NCBI GenBank assembly: GCA_973895155.1
Contig: OZ316895.1
Location: 22,270,558-22,334,557 of the forward strand
Origin: Marsupella aquatica
Lineage: Eukaryota > Plantae > Marchantiophyta
Length of the DNA: 64,000 nt
Reading direction: 5' to 3'
Under the pieces are notes generated by a model that saw nothing but the letters and a program-made list of their open reading frames with translations, did no database searches and had not been told where the DNA came from. Below, in pieces: positions 1 to 13,418 of this stretch (positions are counted from its first letter, which is position 1; each line of letters starts with the position of its first letter). The position numbers and the translations under genes were made by a program.

Positions 1-800
1 AGGGGCCCATGTGTCTCCATAGGTGAGATGTACATGTCTCCACGAAGGGAGTACCATCATAGGAGTAACATTGCCAGACTGCTGTCAGGACGTCCAATGT
101 ACTGCTTGGAAAGCTTTCCAGCTCCAAGGGTCCAAATATTAACTCTATGCAAGGGTATACCTGATGGTGGGGCAACGTTGTTTGTCTTGCATAGAAGACT
201 GTATGCCACCTTGAAAGTTTTCCTGGGCCGGAGAGAAAGTGTCACAGAATTGTTGTCAGGGAGACATGACCTGATTCCTGGCCAACACTACTTCCACAAA
301 GACTGAAATTTGTTGTTGAGGATTGGCATGTAACTCAAGAGTACTGACTAAGTTCCCAATCATCTTCCAGTAGGTAGGGGCGCAGGATGCTAGTCAGACA
401 GTTTTTTAATGAGGATGTTAAGATGCCAAATTGTTGCCACTGAGCAGTGGCTGTGGACATTAACTGCCCTATATATTGGAGGTCTTAGATAGATCTCATC
501 GTTCTAATCCTCTCATTTTTAATGGCACACTTTACATTACTGTACATTTGATGGAGCACATCGGCTCTCACATCCGCTGTCCGCTGTCCACCCGGGTACT
601 GCTGTTAATATCTTTGGAAGTCCATCATACTGTCCAGGGAACCTTACAACATGAGTTCAAAAAGAGCCAACCTGCATTTAATAATACCAATCTCGCTCCC
701 AAATCTATCATTGTGCATGGTGGCTATCAGGAGCTCAATTATGGTAACTACTAAGGACTTCCCAAGAGTAACTTAGCCCTTGGACTCTAGAGATGAATAA
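1..800 (-). mobile_element. Degenerate LINE (L1-like) ORF2 endonuclease remnant
   Basis: Minus-strand translation gives broken APE-endonuclease-like motifs: IxAP...IWE near 700-745 and LSD*HP (SDHxP-like) near 385-402. Many stops; boundaries approximate. Confidence 0.35.
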
Positions 801-1699
801 CATAAGCACAAATATTGAGACATGTGAAGTGCTCATTGTGTGGAATCATTTGTGCATTGTTGCACATCTTATTTATAAAAATGCCAAGCTAGAGTTCAGG
901 TATAGGTTTCTAGTGAACTCAAGCCTCTAGATGGTAACTCTACGGCCAACCATGCAAATGGAAAGACTCATGCATATGATATATGTCAAATGATGATCAT
1001 GCATGCTTTTTGTCATAGTTTCAATTAACATTCAAAGAACGGGGTTCAGGCTGTCTGCATAATTGGGAAAAAGTTTACCAAAAGTTGAGAAATCATTCAT
1101 GTACTATTTGCTCATTTACCTTGGGGAGTGGTTTCCCAAAAAGTGTGAGGAATCATGGTGAACTGTTGCTCACATGTGTAAGTGCATGCATTGGGAAGTA
1201 ATTCACCAAATAGGGACTGGCTTTTGCTCTCTCAATCTGTTCACAAACCTTTACTGTTTATGCAAGGGACCATATAATTATTAAATAGGAACAATGCAAA
1301 CTCAAGTGGATTCAAGCCAATTGTGGGGAACCGAACCGATGCCTTCATTTATATTTTTATAATTTTAATTTATTTCGTGTGAACCCCACGGATGGGGGAG
1401 ACAAGCATGCCACAGGCAGGCATCAGTCAAAAGGCAGAAAGGGGGAGTGGTATGGGTTAGGGGAAAGAATTAGCCACTGAAACCTTGCCCCAGAACCGCT
1501 AGTACATAATTCGCTTCCAAAGGCCCACCAAAAGGGATCACGTACACTATTAGGAACAAATTCACTCAAAGAAAAACCAATCAAACTAGTGTGATCATTG
1601 TAGCCAGATCCTAGATCACGATACCTAAGGTACACCAGAAGCTATTCTCTATTTGATTCTAATTGCCTAACACCGCTACAGATGACCACCACTTGTTCA

Positions 1700-3620
1700 G
1701 CTTCCAATAATTCAATGGCACAGACCAAACCTAGGTGTTTTTGACTGGAATCAAAAACCGCTATTACAGCCTTCATGTGATCTAAAGTCTCAAATAATAT
1801 CACAATCAGATCAAATACTCTTTCCTAGTTTAGTCAAAGGTCTGTGCGTTACGGGCAAGACAAATGCTCCAAAGAATCTGATAGATTAAGTAAATTCACA
1901 AAGTAGTCAGTGGGTTCCTCCTTCTAGCAGACAACAGTATGTCAATCAAGCCCATGTCACGACCAACAATTAGTCCATTCAGACAACTCATAGCTTCTCT
2001 CTAGCACCTCTAGGAGCATCTCCACCCGTTTGGGAACTCGTGGCCCCTATCGCAAAAATTTGCTTCGTGTTTATTCAGGTCTGAAGGATACTGGCCCGAG
2101 CCCCTACTTGCTAATCCCCACTAGCACCCCGCAAAATTTGCACAAAAATGTTTGCCGAGTGCGGGAAACTCTTCAAGCAGGAACTCAAGCTTGAGCCAGA
2201 TTGCGTTCAGTGCATGTACACATTCAATCCATAGATCCTTCGGGGAGTCAAAATGGGGGCACATTCTCTGACCACCAACGTGTATGAATCTGGCGGTCAG
2301 GGTCTGCAACTTTCGGTGGGCCGCCATCAGTTTAGGGGTTGCAGCTTGGTGCCGGTGGGACATCCTGCCCGCATATGTGAAATTGTCATATGCCTAAATG
2401 GAGGTTATGGGGGTATTTGCTGGAGATGTTCTAAGCATGTTTGCATTGGAATTGAGAAGATATGTGGAATGGTTTCCAATACTCCTGAACATAGAACACA
2501 ATAATCATCTGATTTGTCAATTCTAAGTGCCTGCAATCCCATAAATAGTCCCTGACCAAGAGTTCTCCAGAGGGTCTCCAGATGAAAGTCTTGGCCCTAG
2601 AGGCTAAATCAGAGATCCATACTCCATTCGACCTCATAAGAATGACGTCCATATCCTGTTTCAGAGTCTACAAAAGTTGGAACCTTTGGAACATAGCATC
2701 TTATAAATCCGATGGTTACGCAAACCAAAGCGTTTGGGTTGTGAGTCCATGTCAAGCCATCGCCAGTGCCTTGTTGAGGAGTCCACATTATCCTCTCTAT
2801 AGCCGACCAGATATGTGAATTACTGCAAAAAAAAATCAAGGCAATGAATTTGGTTTCTCAATTCCAGGCCACGCATGCGCTACATCCTCTCAGTCAAACA
2901 CATCCATTCATCATCATTCTGTTGTGGACCCAAAGTCACCCACCTTCCTTATGCCTAAATGGCCGCAGACTACCACAACTATGGCCCTCATGCAATTAAT
3001 CATTTGTAAGGTCATAAAAACCAGTCAAGCAGGGTAAAAGATCTTCAATTCCCCAGTGCCGTGGGATGGTACCAAAACCTGGACAAAAGATAAGGTTGTC
3101 TCTAGCCTGCTCCCATGCACTCCAGATCGGTCTAGTGAGTAGATATTTAGTGAGTAAGGAAATTCTGGATATCAAGTAATTAACTGATGCCTTTTTATTT
3201 GGATGACTTAATGTCTAGAATTTCCTTACTCACCGGAAGATAGCCACATTCCAGTAGGACACTGCTAATGTCCCCCACTATAGAAACCTCCATGGAACTC
3301 TTTCCGCAACTTTTGCTGAGTTGCCCATTTCACAATGTCAAAACCAAATATAAGATCAAGTGTTACCATTCCCCAAAAGTGAAATCTAGATGGATTGCTT
3401 CCTTCTCAATGCTCTCAATTTGTGAAACAAGAACTTACTTGGGTTTGAAAAAATCCTTGAAAACAGATTTTATGGAATGGGCAATTTTAGAATTGTCGTA
3501 ATAACCTTCCTTCATCTACTCATTTGGTTACCCTTCTACCCAAATTGTTGCCTGGAGGCCCCAACATACTGCTCAATTGCCCAAAAGGTTGCCCAAGAAA
3601 AAACACCTCCTTGTCGCCCG
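1700..3620 (-). mobile_element. Degenerate LINE retrotransposon 3' region (post-RT / zf-RVT-like)
   Basis: Trp-rich broken minus-strand frames, including RAKTFIWR (2431..2652 ORF) and a downstream ALNAIW, typical of plant L1 zf-RVT regions. No intact ORF. Confidence 0.45.
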
Positions 3621-4399
3621 TGGAAGGTAAAAGACAAAAACTTCTCACAAATGTAAATGGATTGTAAATCTCTTATGGTCTCAAAATTAATGTGAAAATT
3701 CAATCTGATTCGAACATAATTGGCTAGTAAAATAAAAGAACTATATTAAACACTTTCTCTTTTTCTTACATGAGCCCGTGTCATGCGGGGATAAAAGCTG
3801 ATATGTCTCTAAAAACTGAATATTCTGTTCACTTTTCACTGTTTATTATGTTTTTTCTTTTTCTTTTACTTTCCATTTCCACTGATTCAAGTGATCTAAG
3901 CGTGATTCAAGCGTCTCAAAGAGACAAAATGCCTCACCTGCATAAAGACGCCAGTGTAGGTAGGAATATATCTGCTGATGTAATTAATAGGTTGAAGCAT
4001 GCGATTTCCATGAACCGAAAGTATCATTGACATAGACATCAGCCAAGCCTGCAAGCTGTACTTCTCGCTGCCAGGAACAAACCAGTTACAGAAATTGACA
4101 ATATACACGACAAGAAGTACAAGTTTGAAACCCCAAATGTTTGTATCTATATTTAGGTAGTACCAAAATTGTGTTCCTCTTATGGAAAACCTTTAGTTAT
4201 GGGTATGATCATTCATTGTGGACAACAAAAAGATGGTCGACCTGTTAGTAAGATGTATCTTATGTAGCAGTGAATCTCCTCTAGCAAAGTTCAGGGTTGG
4301 ATTTGTAAGGAGATTTTGAAATTCAACTTTGAAATTGGCGCTTGATGACACACAATTCTATTGAAATTAGCAGTAGTAAGTTACCGCAAACGACCTGGT

Positions 4400-5750
4400 G
4401 TTGGGAAGTAGATACCACCAATTTTCCTTGCCCTGAGGCCCGCCCTGAGGTCATGGATGAGCCAGTTGATGGATGTATATTAAATCAGTAATACCCTCCT
4501 TCCGTGCACTTGCAATTGGGAATAACGAATTTTATGCACAGGTGAGTTTTCTTTGAAGGTATGCCACAACCACATCGATTGACCAAGTCGCCATTATATC
4601 ATTGATGTTGATAGCCTTGGCCTTTTTGTCAAATGGCTGTCCGATGTGAGTCATGATGATTGGCCTACACAAAAGCCACAAGTAGCGGATCTCAATATCA
4701 ATATCGTGATTATGACATGTTGGTAGTCAGACGTTTCAATTGAACTCGCGCTTCTCCATATGATCAGATATTTGATTCAAGAAGACAGTCTACAATTAGT
4801 ACCAAGATTGAAGTCCTCCAGCAAGTGGCAAATGTTCCATAGCTCACACTTATTGGATTCTCATTGAGAAAGCCTTCATATTGGAGATTAACTGATCTTG
4901 AAATCCAATAAGAAGTAGAGTTCAGAACTTGCCCCTTGAATCCCGATCTAGACTAAGACGGGTAGAGAATGCAATCTAAAGAGGACTTTGTTCTTGTATG
5001 AGGGGCAATCCAATTCCAAGACAACGTTGACTAGACTTGCACGGGCCTTGAGATTCATTTTGAAGACCAGTCCAACTAGTAGCTAGATCGACTAGATGGC
5101 GCTTTTCATCCACAAATGGAAAACTGCATTCACCAATGTCCAGCCTCGTGTCCAGCTCTTCTCTCATTTTACCAACAGCCGTTTGGAATGTTACGGAGAA
5201 ACCGTAGACTCAAACATATTTCCGAATGATTCATGTACATGTCCACAGCTGAAGGATTGGACAACTTACCGGCCACGGACTGCGTTCAACAATCTTGTAC
5301 ATGGTCACGAGAGTCACATCAGTCTATGCGATACTGGTCCATTATCTTCCCTGACGTCAAACAAAAAATTTAGACACATGAGCAGGATGCCAATACTAGA
5401 CTAATCAAAATTTGTAAGCGAAAAGGTTTTCCACTTCCAAAATTTTACACTAACTTCAATTCATGTAAATTGAGTCCTGCACGTACAGTGAATGCAAATA
5501 CTTTAAGATCGTTAACATAAGCAGTCTCATTTCAAGCGCACATGACCAACATTTTGTTTGAGTGGTCACTGCTAAAAAGCTTCATTACACAGATAGTTTT
5601 CAGCTGCGCAGTCCCACCATATACTTGAGAGGTGCAGACCAAATTTTCAGGAAGTAATCTTTGAGCAAAATTTACCATATGCACACAGAAAAGCCATATT
5701 AATGGCATTGTGATCCACTTGGAGGAGCACAACCTTGTCTTGGAGATCAG
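4400..5750 (-). mobile_element. Possible decayed hAT-like transposase remnant
   Basis: Minus-strand fragments weakly resemble the hAT C-terminal dimerisation motif (MWLWH...PVHKI / LFPIASA, ~4490-4580) and an LD..R motif (~4930-4960). A Cys-containing segment lies near 5600-5730. Heavily decayed. Confidence 0.25.
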
Positions 5751-8649
5751 AGAATTGGTAGCCGATCATCGATCATTTCGGCTATCAATCTTCCACGCTA
5801 TTATATCCCACCTTTATCAGCATATGACCTCCGCCATTGTCCCCTGGAGGATACCGGGCCATCTAGAGTTCTTAGCCCCAACCCCTCCCGCCACGCTTAC
5901 TGTCCCTTTCCCTCCTCTCTTTCTCTCTGTTGTAATTCCGAAAGAAAAACTCCAAATTCTTGCATCTAAGTTGTACTTCAATCTCCCAAATCCCTTCTCA
6001 AAGTTGCACCAGAAACTTCAAAATGCTACTCACACTTGCGGTTCTGCAAACTAAGTCCCAATAATCATCTCACTGTTGCACTGCAACGTACCTCCACTTA
6101 TTCTCTTCTCCACTTATTCTCTTCTCCGGCATGTCTGAGCTTCCAGGGGATTTAAGTGGAGCTGTGTGACTTGATCTCACACTACTCGATAGAAGAAGGA
6201 CATCCAACTCCTCTGTTAGCTCCAAACACCATTCTCATTTAGGACTTTCTCTAACACATAAGAGAGCAACATTAGAGATACAAATGTGGACGTTGCAATA
6301 TGTTGAACAAACGTGCATACAGAATTGCTCCCTCAGGTAGGCAGGCGCTGTAACACATGAGTTGCAGGACCAAGTGACGTAGTGATCGAGGAGACACTTA
6401 CAGCTGCTGCTCCTGTGTCCCATTTCTTACTGCATGTGAGCCTTCAGTTCCTTCTTATAATAATGGTGGAGGTGGCAGTTCTCAATTATCACAACAGATG
6501 CAGGACGCAATTCTGCGTGTGGGCCTGTCTACTTGGCATGCCCAACAATTGAGCCCAGAGTCATTGTAAGGAGGGAGACAGGGGATATATTGGGAGGGCT
6601 GCCGGTGATGGGATCAATAGACAAGTCAGGCCGACGTAGGTTCGGTGGGGCAGGCAAAGGAAGTTCCCATGAATCCATCGTCTTCCTTGCTCTTCTTCTT
6701 CGTATTCTATCATGACAGGACTGCCAATGGACTTCGGACTTTGGCATAACCACTCTTGAACGTCTGTTGATCTGGCCCTTACTCCACTCCCAACAGGCAT
6801 GTATCGACAAGGCAAACGAAATTGAGATCACGTACGTGTACCTAGTACTGCTCTCTGTGTTGTGGCCTTTCCCTCCTTCCAGGCGTCGGGAATTCGCCAT
6901 GCATGCTAGACAACAAGAATTGCTCTCCAGAATGTATCATGTTTTGCTATATGGCTCAAATGTCGCAATTGTTGTTTGATTCGAAGCGAGAGACTTCCAA
7001 TGTGGAAGATATATTAAACTAGATTATAGTAAGACATAAATTTTTGTTTGGGACAAACTCAATACAAGTTCAAATAACCCCGGCTAGAAGCTTACGAGAA
7101 GCAAATTCTAATGTGACATAAGGGAGCTCTTGAGGTGACAACCCCAGTCACAGAGACAGCAACGGTCAGCACAAAATCACATGTAAACACGAAATTTTAT
7201 GCATCGATGCCGTGGTTGAATGCATCTCTCTGACTGATCATCCTCCGCTGCTTATAAAGCCAGGCAAGTGCCTCATGCGATAGAGAATGCATCAACTAGA
7301 CGATCACCGACGGTCCCAGCCTAAGGATTCTAGAACATGATCAAAACGAAGATCATATTAGTAAATTGCGAGAGAGTTGGGGTCTAGGCTTCTACACTAT
7401 GACTCTAGGACTGAAGCTAGAGTTGGGGTATAAGGGTTCTAGAGTGAACAGAGTTGGGGTCTAGGGTAACCTAGTGTGACTCTATATAGGGCCTCAATAA
7501 ACAGAAAAAACCATGGGATATTATGTATAATTTCAAAAATGATGATCATGCAATGAAATGATTTTTGTGATCATTCGTGTTAATATTGAAATAATGTGCA
7601 TTTTAATATTCAATGAATGTGCATGTAGGTTCCATATTCTCTTAACTTCCTCTCTTCGCAAAGTCCAGCCTCATTACAATGAGGGACTATATACACGGCC
7701 ACTATATATCACACTGCCAAAAAGACAGGAACTCCAAACAAACTGGGAGACATGGTCCCAAAGATAAAAGAACCCAATAAAATGGGGGAAGGGAAAGACC
7801 CGAAGGAGACCAATTCAAAGAGGCCCAACAAGTCAAGGAGTCAACTCATAGCTAGCACACACAGAATTATGCAGGTCTTATAGGCCTGTTCAGCTTGAAT
7901 GATCTCTACTTATGGTCAAAGATTGGGCACTTAGGCTAGGGGGCAGGATAGTTGTTACAAATAGAGATCTGGCCAGAGAAGTAGTGTGGATGGAGGAATT
8001 ATTGTGGATCACTTTAACTCAAAAGAGGTATGGTAGTCTTTTTTAACAGGAAGTTGGAGTAACTAAGTAAATGAAATTCAATTGCACCAGTGGGGAACTT
8101 AAGGCTCTTCTTGGCTCACCTGTGAATCTCGTTGGGCCCAGGAGGGGGAGTAGTAAGTTAGCCCCAAAATCAATGTAGAGAAAGTAAAATTGGGGACCTT
8201 ACCTCAACATTGAAAAGGTGTTCAGTTCTGGATCCAATTTGTGTGAGAATTGTGCAATAAACACCACTAAGAGTCGACTAAGAAAATTGGTTTGGGTTCC
8301 AACCTGTGTAGTGCCCTAATATGAGGGCAATTTCCCAAAATAACAGCACCTAGTCTGGGCTTTTATATTGAGGAATGCTCTACGGTAGTGGGAGAGCCAT
8401 TTTTCCCCTTGTTGCGGGGGAGCCAAGGTGATGACTGCCCCACCCTGGGCACCTCGAGCTCCTTGTTACTACTGCTCTGTTCAAAGATATGTCTACAATC
8501 TGGAAAGATGGATAGCCATTAGATCTTTCCAACCATAAATTCATGTTTGGTGAATGGCATCAATTTCAGTATTGTTTCCTCTTTTTATCAGTCACCTAAG
8601 GTAATTGAGAGTGAGATTTTGGCCTAGTAAGCGGGCCCCTAACTTACAG

Positions 8650-8990
8650 TAAACTAGACGTTGTTGAATGGAAATGCCTGAACTAATCGTCGGCTACTAA
8701 ATTAGGCCATTATTTCGCGGCGAAATAATCAGAAATAATGGCCCTGCACTAAATTAGGAGAAACACGTCGGATTGAATTGAAAAGCGAAAACTAATGTTT
8801 GGTAACTAAAACATAAAATTACATCCTAATCAGGAAGGAATGAGACGCTAATCAGACAAGTGGCCCTTACCAGACACTAAACTAGGAGAAGCACGCTGGA
8901 TTCAATGGAAAGCCTAAACTACTCGTCCGGCTACTACAAACTAAATCACATGCTAATCCCGAAGGAAAGAGCCGTTAATGAGAACACCGA
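8650..8990. repeat. Diverged ~125-bp tandem duplication (about 2.5 copies) upstream of the USP gene
   Basis: cactaaattaggagaaacacgtcggattgaattgaaaagc (~8747) versus cactaaactaggagaagcacgctggattcaatggaaagc (~8875); a partial third copy lies at ~8650. Confidence 0.65.
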
Positions 8991-9053
8991 TCCGATGTTA
9001 ATCAAGAACTAATCAGCTGCTGACCAACTTTCTTGGGCGCTCATTGGCGCAAG

Positions 9054-9132
9054 TACACGCGTCACGTGACAGACGATGTGAGATACACGCGTCGACGTGG
9101 TGGACGACCAAGGCACCTCGAATGGTGACGTC
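9054..9132 (+). promoter_or_regulatory. ABRE / G-box / CE3-like cluster in the putative USP promoter
   Basis: ACGCGT (9057, 9087), CACGTG inside the palindrome GTCACGTGAC (9061-9070), ACGTGG (9095) and TGACGTC (9126), about 600 bp upstream of the ATG. Confidence 0.6.
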
Positions 9133-9709
9133 CCTCCTTCAAAGGTTCGTATCGTGCCAGCCGTCGATCTGAGCCGGTAGAGGAGAAATAACTCCAGTAA
9201 AGGGACACTTCAAAGGGAAAGAAGGGGAAGAAACGAGACTGAGGACCCACGATCGATCGATCGTTTGATTGATGGACCGGCTGATTGATTGCACTCTACT
9301 GAAAGCTCTGGAATCTGATTTTGATTGAGCTGATGAACGTGAACAGTGGGTGGAGGTAGTTGGGAAGAACCCGATGTGCTGTCGGAATTCAATCCTATTG
9401 CCTGTTTTGTATTTAGGACCTAGTGATTGCTCGTGCTGACTCGCACAGCAGAATTGGATTCATTCTGTTAGCTCCTTCCACATTGCAGTTGCATCAATCT
9501 GTTCGTAGGGTCGGAGAGTTGTGTTGGGTCTTCAGTGTTTGAGCGAGATTCCAATTGCATCAGTCCTGTTTGTCGTAGAGCAGTAAGAGAGCGTGGTTGG
9601 GTCCTGAGTTTTGAACTACATTTCGTGCATCAAAGATCTGATCACATTATTATTATACATTGAACCGGAAATCATTTTTCCATAGTGGAAGACAGACAAA
9701 GGAAAGAAA

Positions 9710-12700
9710 ATGGGGACAGATGGGAAGAGAAGGGTGATGATAGCGGTAGACGACAGCGAGGTCTCGTCCTATGCTTTCACATGGGGAATTCGGAACCTCA
9801 TACGTACAGACGACCATGTAGTTGTCATGACTGCAGCTCCCTTCGCTGGAGTGGACTACCCTTCAGTTGATATTGCCACAGGTCAAGTTCGGTCTCGCAA
9901 TTCAATTGTTCTGGTTGTCCTCCTTCTGCGGTCTTTTTTGTATTCTCCAACTGTATCCCTCATGTACCTGTGCTCAGAGCTTGATCCACCCTCTCTCATT
10001 GAGTATTTCTGCTTGCCACCTTGTCAAGGAACACGCGGGAGAGGAGTGAGCTCTGAGCTCTGCATGGTGTATCATGATGTTTTATGTGATTGGTTGGCCT
10101 CGTTTACGTGAAAGGAAACGATGGAATGTGCTTGCATAGCAGACTGAGAGAGGACGTGAAAAATTTCGTGAACTTTGGGAGTATTGATGGCAGGAACAGA
10201 GTATGGGGGCAAAGGACTTCGGATGTCTGACATTTTGGCCGCTGGTACAGAGTATGGAGTGCCGATAGTCCCTACAGACGAAGAGGCAGAAGCTGCCAAC
10301 GCTGGAGTCACCAGCAATTCGAAGAACCTTGTCAACAAGTACCTTCAGCTCTTACTGCAGTCCAATGTACTTTCTCTCTGTCTCTCTCGTTGTCCCTTTC
10401 CAATGTATACGCTCGTCTACTGTCCTGGGGTCCTGGTTCAGTAAAGATTTACCCACCGTCCCGTTCACTTCGTATTCAAGAGGACATCCCAATGATACTC
10501 GTTTGTCTGGTTCAATTACAGCTCCCAAGGGTTGTGATGGACTGGTAATGACACTCGAATCTCATTGTCCCCTGGGAAGTGGATCTTGTTGAGAAATCGA
10601 TTCATGCGCTAACTCTGTATTGTGATGTTTATTCTGATGCTTTCGTTCACATCGAGGAACCGAAGGTCCAGGAGCGCCTAAGAACTCCAAATCTCTTTGG
10701 GCTCTTATCCTTTCTATACACTCCATCACGATTCGCAGTACGGCTGTAACCCATAACATCGATTTTAACTGACAATACCACAATAAGACACATTTGTTTA
10801 CCTTCCGCTAGCATAGACTGCGATCTACCCGTCAATGAAGAGCTTCTGCAAAACGCTCGATCCATCGATCAGCCTTAGCTCAAGATTGCTTCAAAGACAT
10901 GAAGTGGTTCTAACTTCCACCAGGAGGGGCATGATATACGATTCTTCCGTCTCTGGGGTTCATTGATCTCCAGAACTTTTCAATTCCGCTCTCTACATGC
11001 ATTCAGAAAAGGTCGGAGGCTGTTTTATTGACCTACATCCGTGCATGGCCTCATAGAATCCTTCGATTAATTGAAGCTGTGCGTATGTCTTTACTGCAGA
11101 TATCTTGTGAGGGAGAAGTGGTGAAGGGAGACGCTGGCAGCTGGATTGCAGATGAGGGTGAACGCCTCAAAGCAGATGTCATCGTCGTTGGCAGCAGTGC
11201 TTCTGGTGTCGTAAAGAGGTAGTCTCTGGGCCACTGGACTGTCAAAACGAATGAGTGCATTTCATTTGTTGGAGTCTTGAAACTAGGAATGCTCTGCGAG
11301 GGCTGAAAGGGCGAAGTAGAAGTGAGTAAGCCGCATGCTGAGTATGGCTTCTTCCTTTCATGAACTGTGCCTTTAAGTTGCTTCTTCCTTTCATGAACTC
11401 CGACTGGAGTGGTGTCTTTAACAGTTGCAAGTTTAGGAATTTTTGAAGGTATTGTTCCTGATCAGAGTTATCTTTCTTTTGGTGAGGTTACGCGAGAAGT
11501 ACGACACGCCTTCTTGAAGTAATCGCATTGCATATCCGACTGAGCAGGGCTTTGCTAGGCAGCATCAGTGACTATGTCTTGCACAACGCACCTTGCACAG
11601 TAGCCGTTGTTCGGCAGTCCGAAGAAGCTCTTTCGAAACATGATCCCCTGGCTTCATCAGGTGGCCCTAGGAAAATCGTCATTGCGGTAGACGAATCAAC
11701 AGAGGTGAATGAATGGTTTTAAATCTTTAAACTTTGGAATCTAGTGACTTTTTTTCCTTCTCTCGTTGCTGCCTTTCCTCCTCTCTGTTCCTCCTCCATC
11801 CTAGCAGGGTCGTTTAAGGTTGAATGCCGCTACAGCTGAGGACAATAATAGTTGAACTTTGTTTCAAGACTCCTTAAGACTCTGTTAGGTCTCGCAGTTG
11901 TAGCTCTGTAATATTTGTTCATTTCGAAGGCTATGGGGTGGCGTACTTATTTCACTCTAGGGAAGAGCAGATAATCCCAGGTGTGTGAGAGAAGCGTGAA
12001 TGGGATCTTACAGTCTTCTTTAGGTCTTTGGACTATTTCTGAGCAAGCTGCATGTTTCTATTGCATATATGACAGGCCATACATGCCTTTAAATGGGCTT
12101 TGAAGAATTTCTGCAGCCCTCAGGACCACGTGATCGTATATCATGTTCACCATGCGTATGTTGCTCCCATCACTGGAGTGGGGACCGGTGAGAAAAGTGT
12201 TCTCTACCTGTTGCAGAGTAGAGTAGGCCTTGATACGCCCTGTAATTTGGGAGCTATCTCCGAGTTTTTCCACTCCTCCTACAAGCAAATGGGCCTGTAT
12301 CACATATTTTATCATTACTTTGCCAAGAGAACACAGCCACCACCTTTTCTGAAGTCTGCTCGTTGGTTATGCAGGAGATTTGGGCATCGAGGAAGTGTAC
12401 ACTCTTCCAGAAATAGCAGTCAAAGATGAGGTGGCATCTTTAAAAGATAGCCAGAAGGTCGTCGAGAAGTTCATGGAGTATGCTGAAGGTCAAACAGAGG
12501 TGACTCTTTAAATGACGTGAAAAACGATGATTCATTGTCCAAATGACGTGAAAAACGATGATTCATTGTCCAAATGACGTGAATAATGATGAATCATTGT
12601 CCAGTCTCTTTTGATTTTATTGGATTTCACAATTAGGTTTGTGGCGGAAGCGATGTGAGAGCGACTTATTACGGGAGAATTCGTCAAATTAGTGTCCACA

Positions 12701-13418
12701 GTTGTTTTCTCAATGTCTGCAGCATTTTCAATCGTAAATTGGTTATTGACCTTTCTTTGGGTGCTGATGATGGTCGGTGAGAACTACTTCGGTATAGCTT
12801 AGTGGAGTAGACAATGTTGAAATTATCGTGGATGTGCAGATTAAATGCGAAGGCATGGTGGTGACTGGCGAGACACAAGAAAAAGTGATTGAGGGGTTAA
12901 ATGGTCTCCGAGCTGATGCTGTTGTTGTGGGTACGCATGACCGGAGTGCTGTTTCAAGGTAAGACACTTCTGCTCGAACCGATACTTTTGTTGTCATATG
13001 TAATCGAAAAAATTGAAGGTTGCCCAGTGTACATCACCAATAGGAGAAGCCTACCATAGACGTTTTCTCGGCGTGATTGATAGGAGCAGTAATATATATC
13101 TACTGCGACATTGATCTTATTTCAGGGTATGGATTCTTGCCATCTCTTGTTTGTTACAAGATGCTTTATTAGTAGAGTCACCATTCTTCTTGTTGTAGAG
13201 CAAGTAAGACTTCGACAGATTCATTTGGGTCTGAGATCGTTAAGAGCACGAGCATGACTTTTCATTTGTGTGTAGTAACATAGAATCTCTTGCCTTGCAG
13301 GACATTCTTGGGTAGTGTGAGCGACTATTTGGCTCACAACAGTCCGTGCCCTCTCATTGTTGTGAAGTCTGGCAAGAACCTTCCTGAGCCTGAAGTGGGA
13401 CATCAACATGCAGTATGA
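9710..13418 (+). CDS. Universal stress protein A-like protein with two tandem USP domains. Exons 9710-9881, 10251-10366, 11100-11218, 11548-11704, 12076-12187, 12375-12499, 12840-12958, 13301-13418
   Basis: Domain 1: RRVMIAVDDSE...ADVIVVGS...RALLGSISDYVLHNAPCTVAVVR. Domain 2: RKIVIAVDESTE...ADAVVVGT...RTFLGSVSDYLAHNSPCPLIVVK. All introns are GT-AG with consistent phases; TGA at 13416-13418. Confidence 0.92.
12510..12602. repeat. 31-bp tandem repeat x3 in USP intron 6
   Basis: aaatgacgtgaaaaacgatgattcattgtcc twice exactly, plus one slightly diverged copy. Confidence 0.9.

Noticed and set aside
6529-6900. 123-aa minus-strand ORF
   Set aside because: No recognisable domain or splice structure; it lies within TE-decay DNA.
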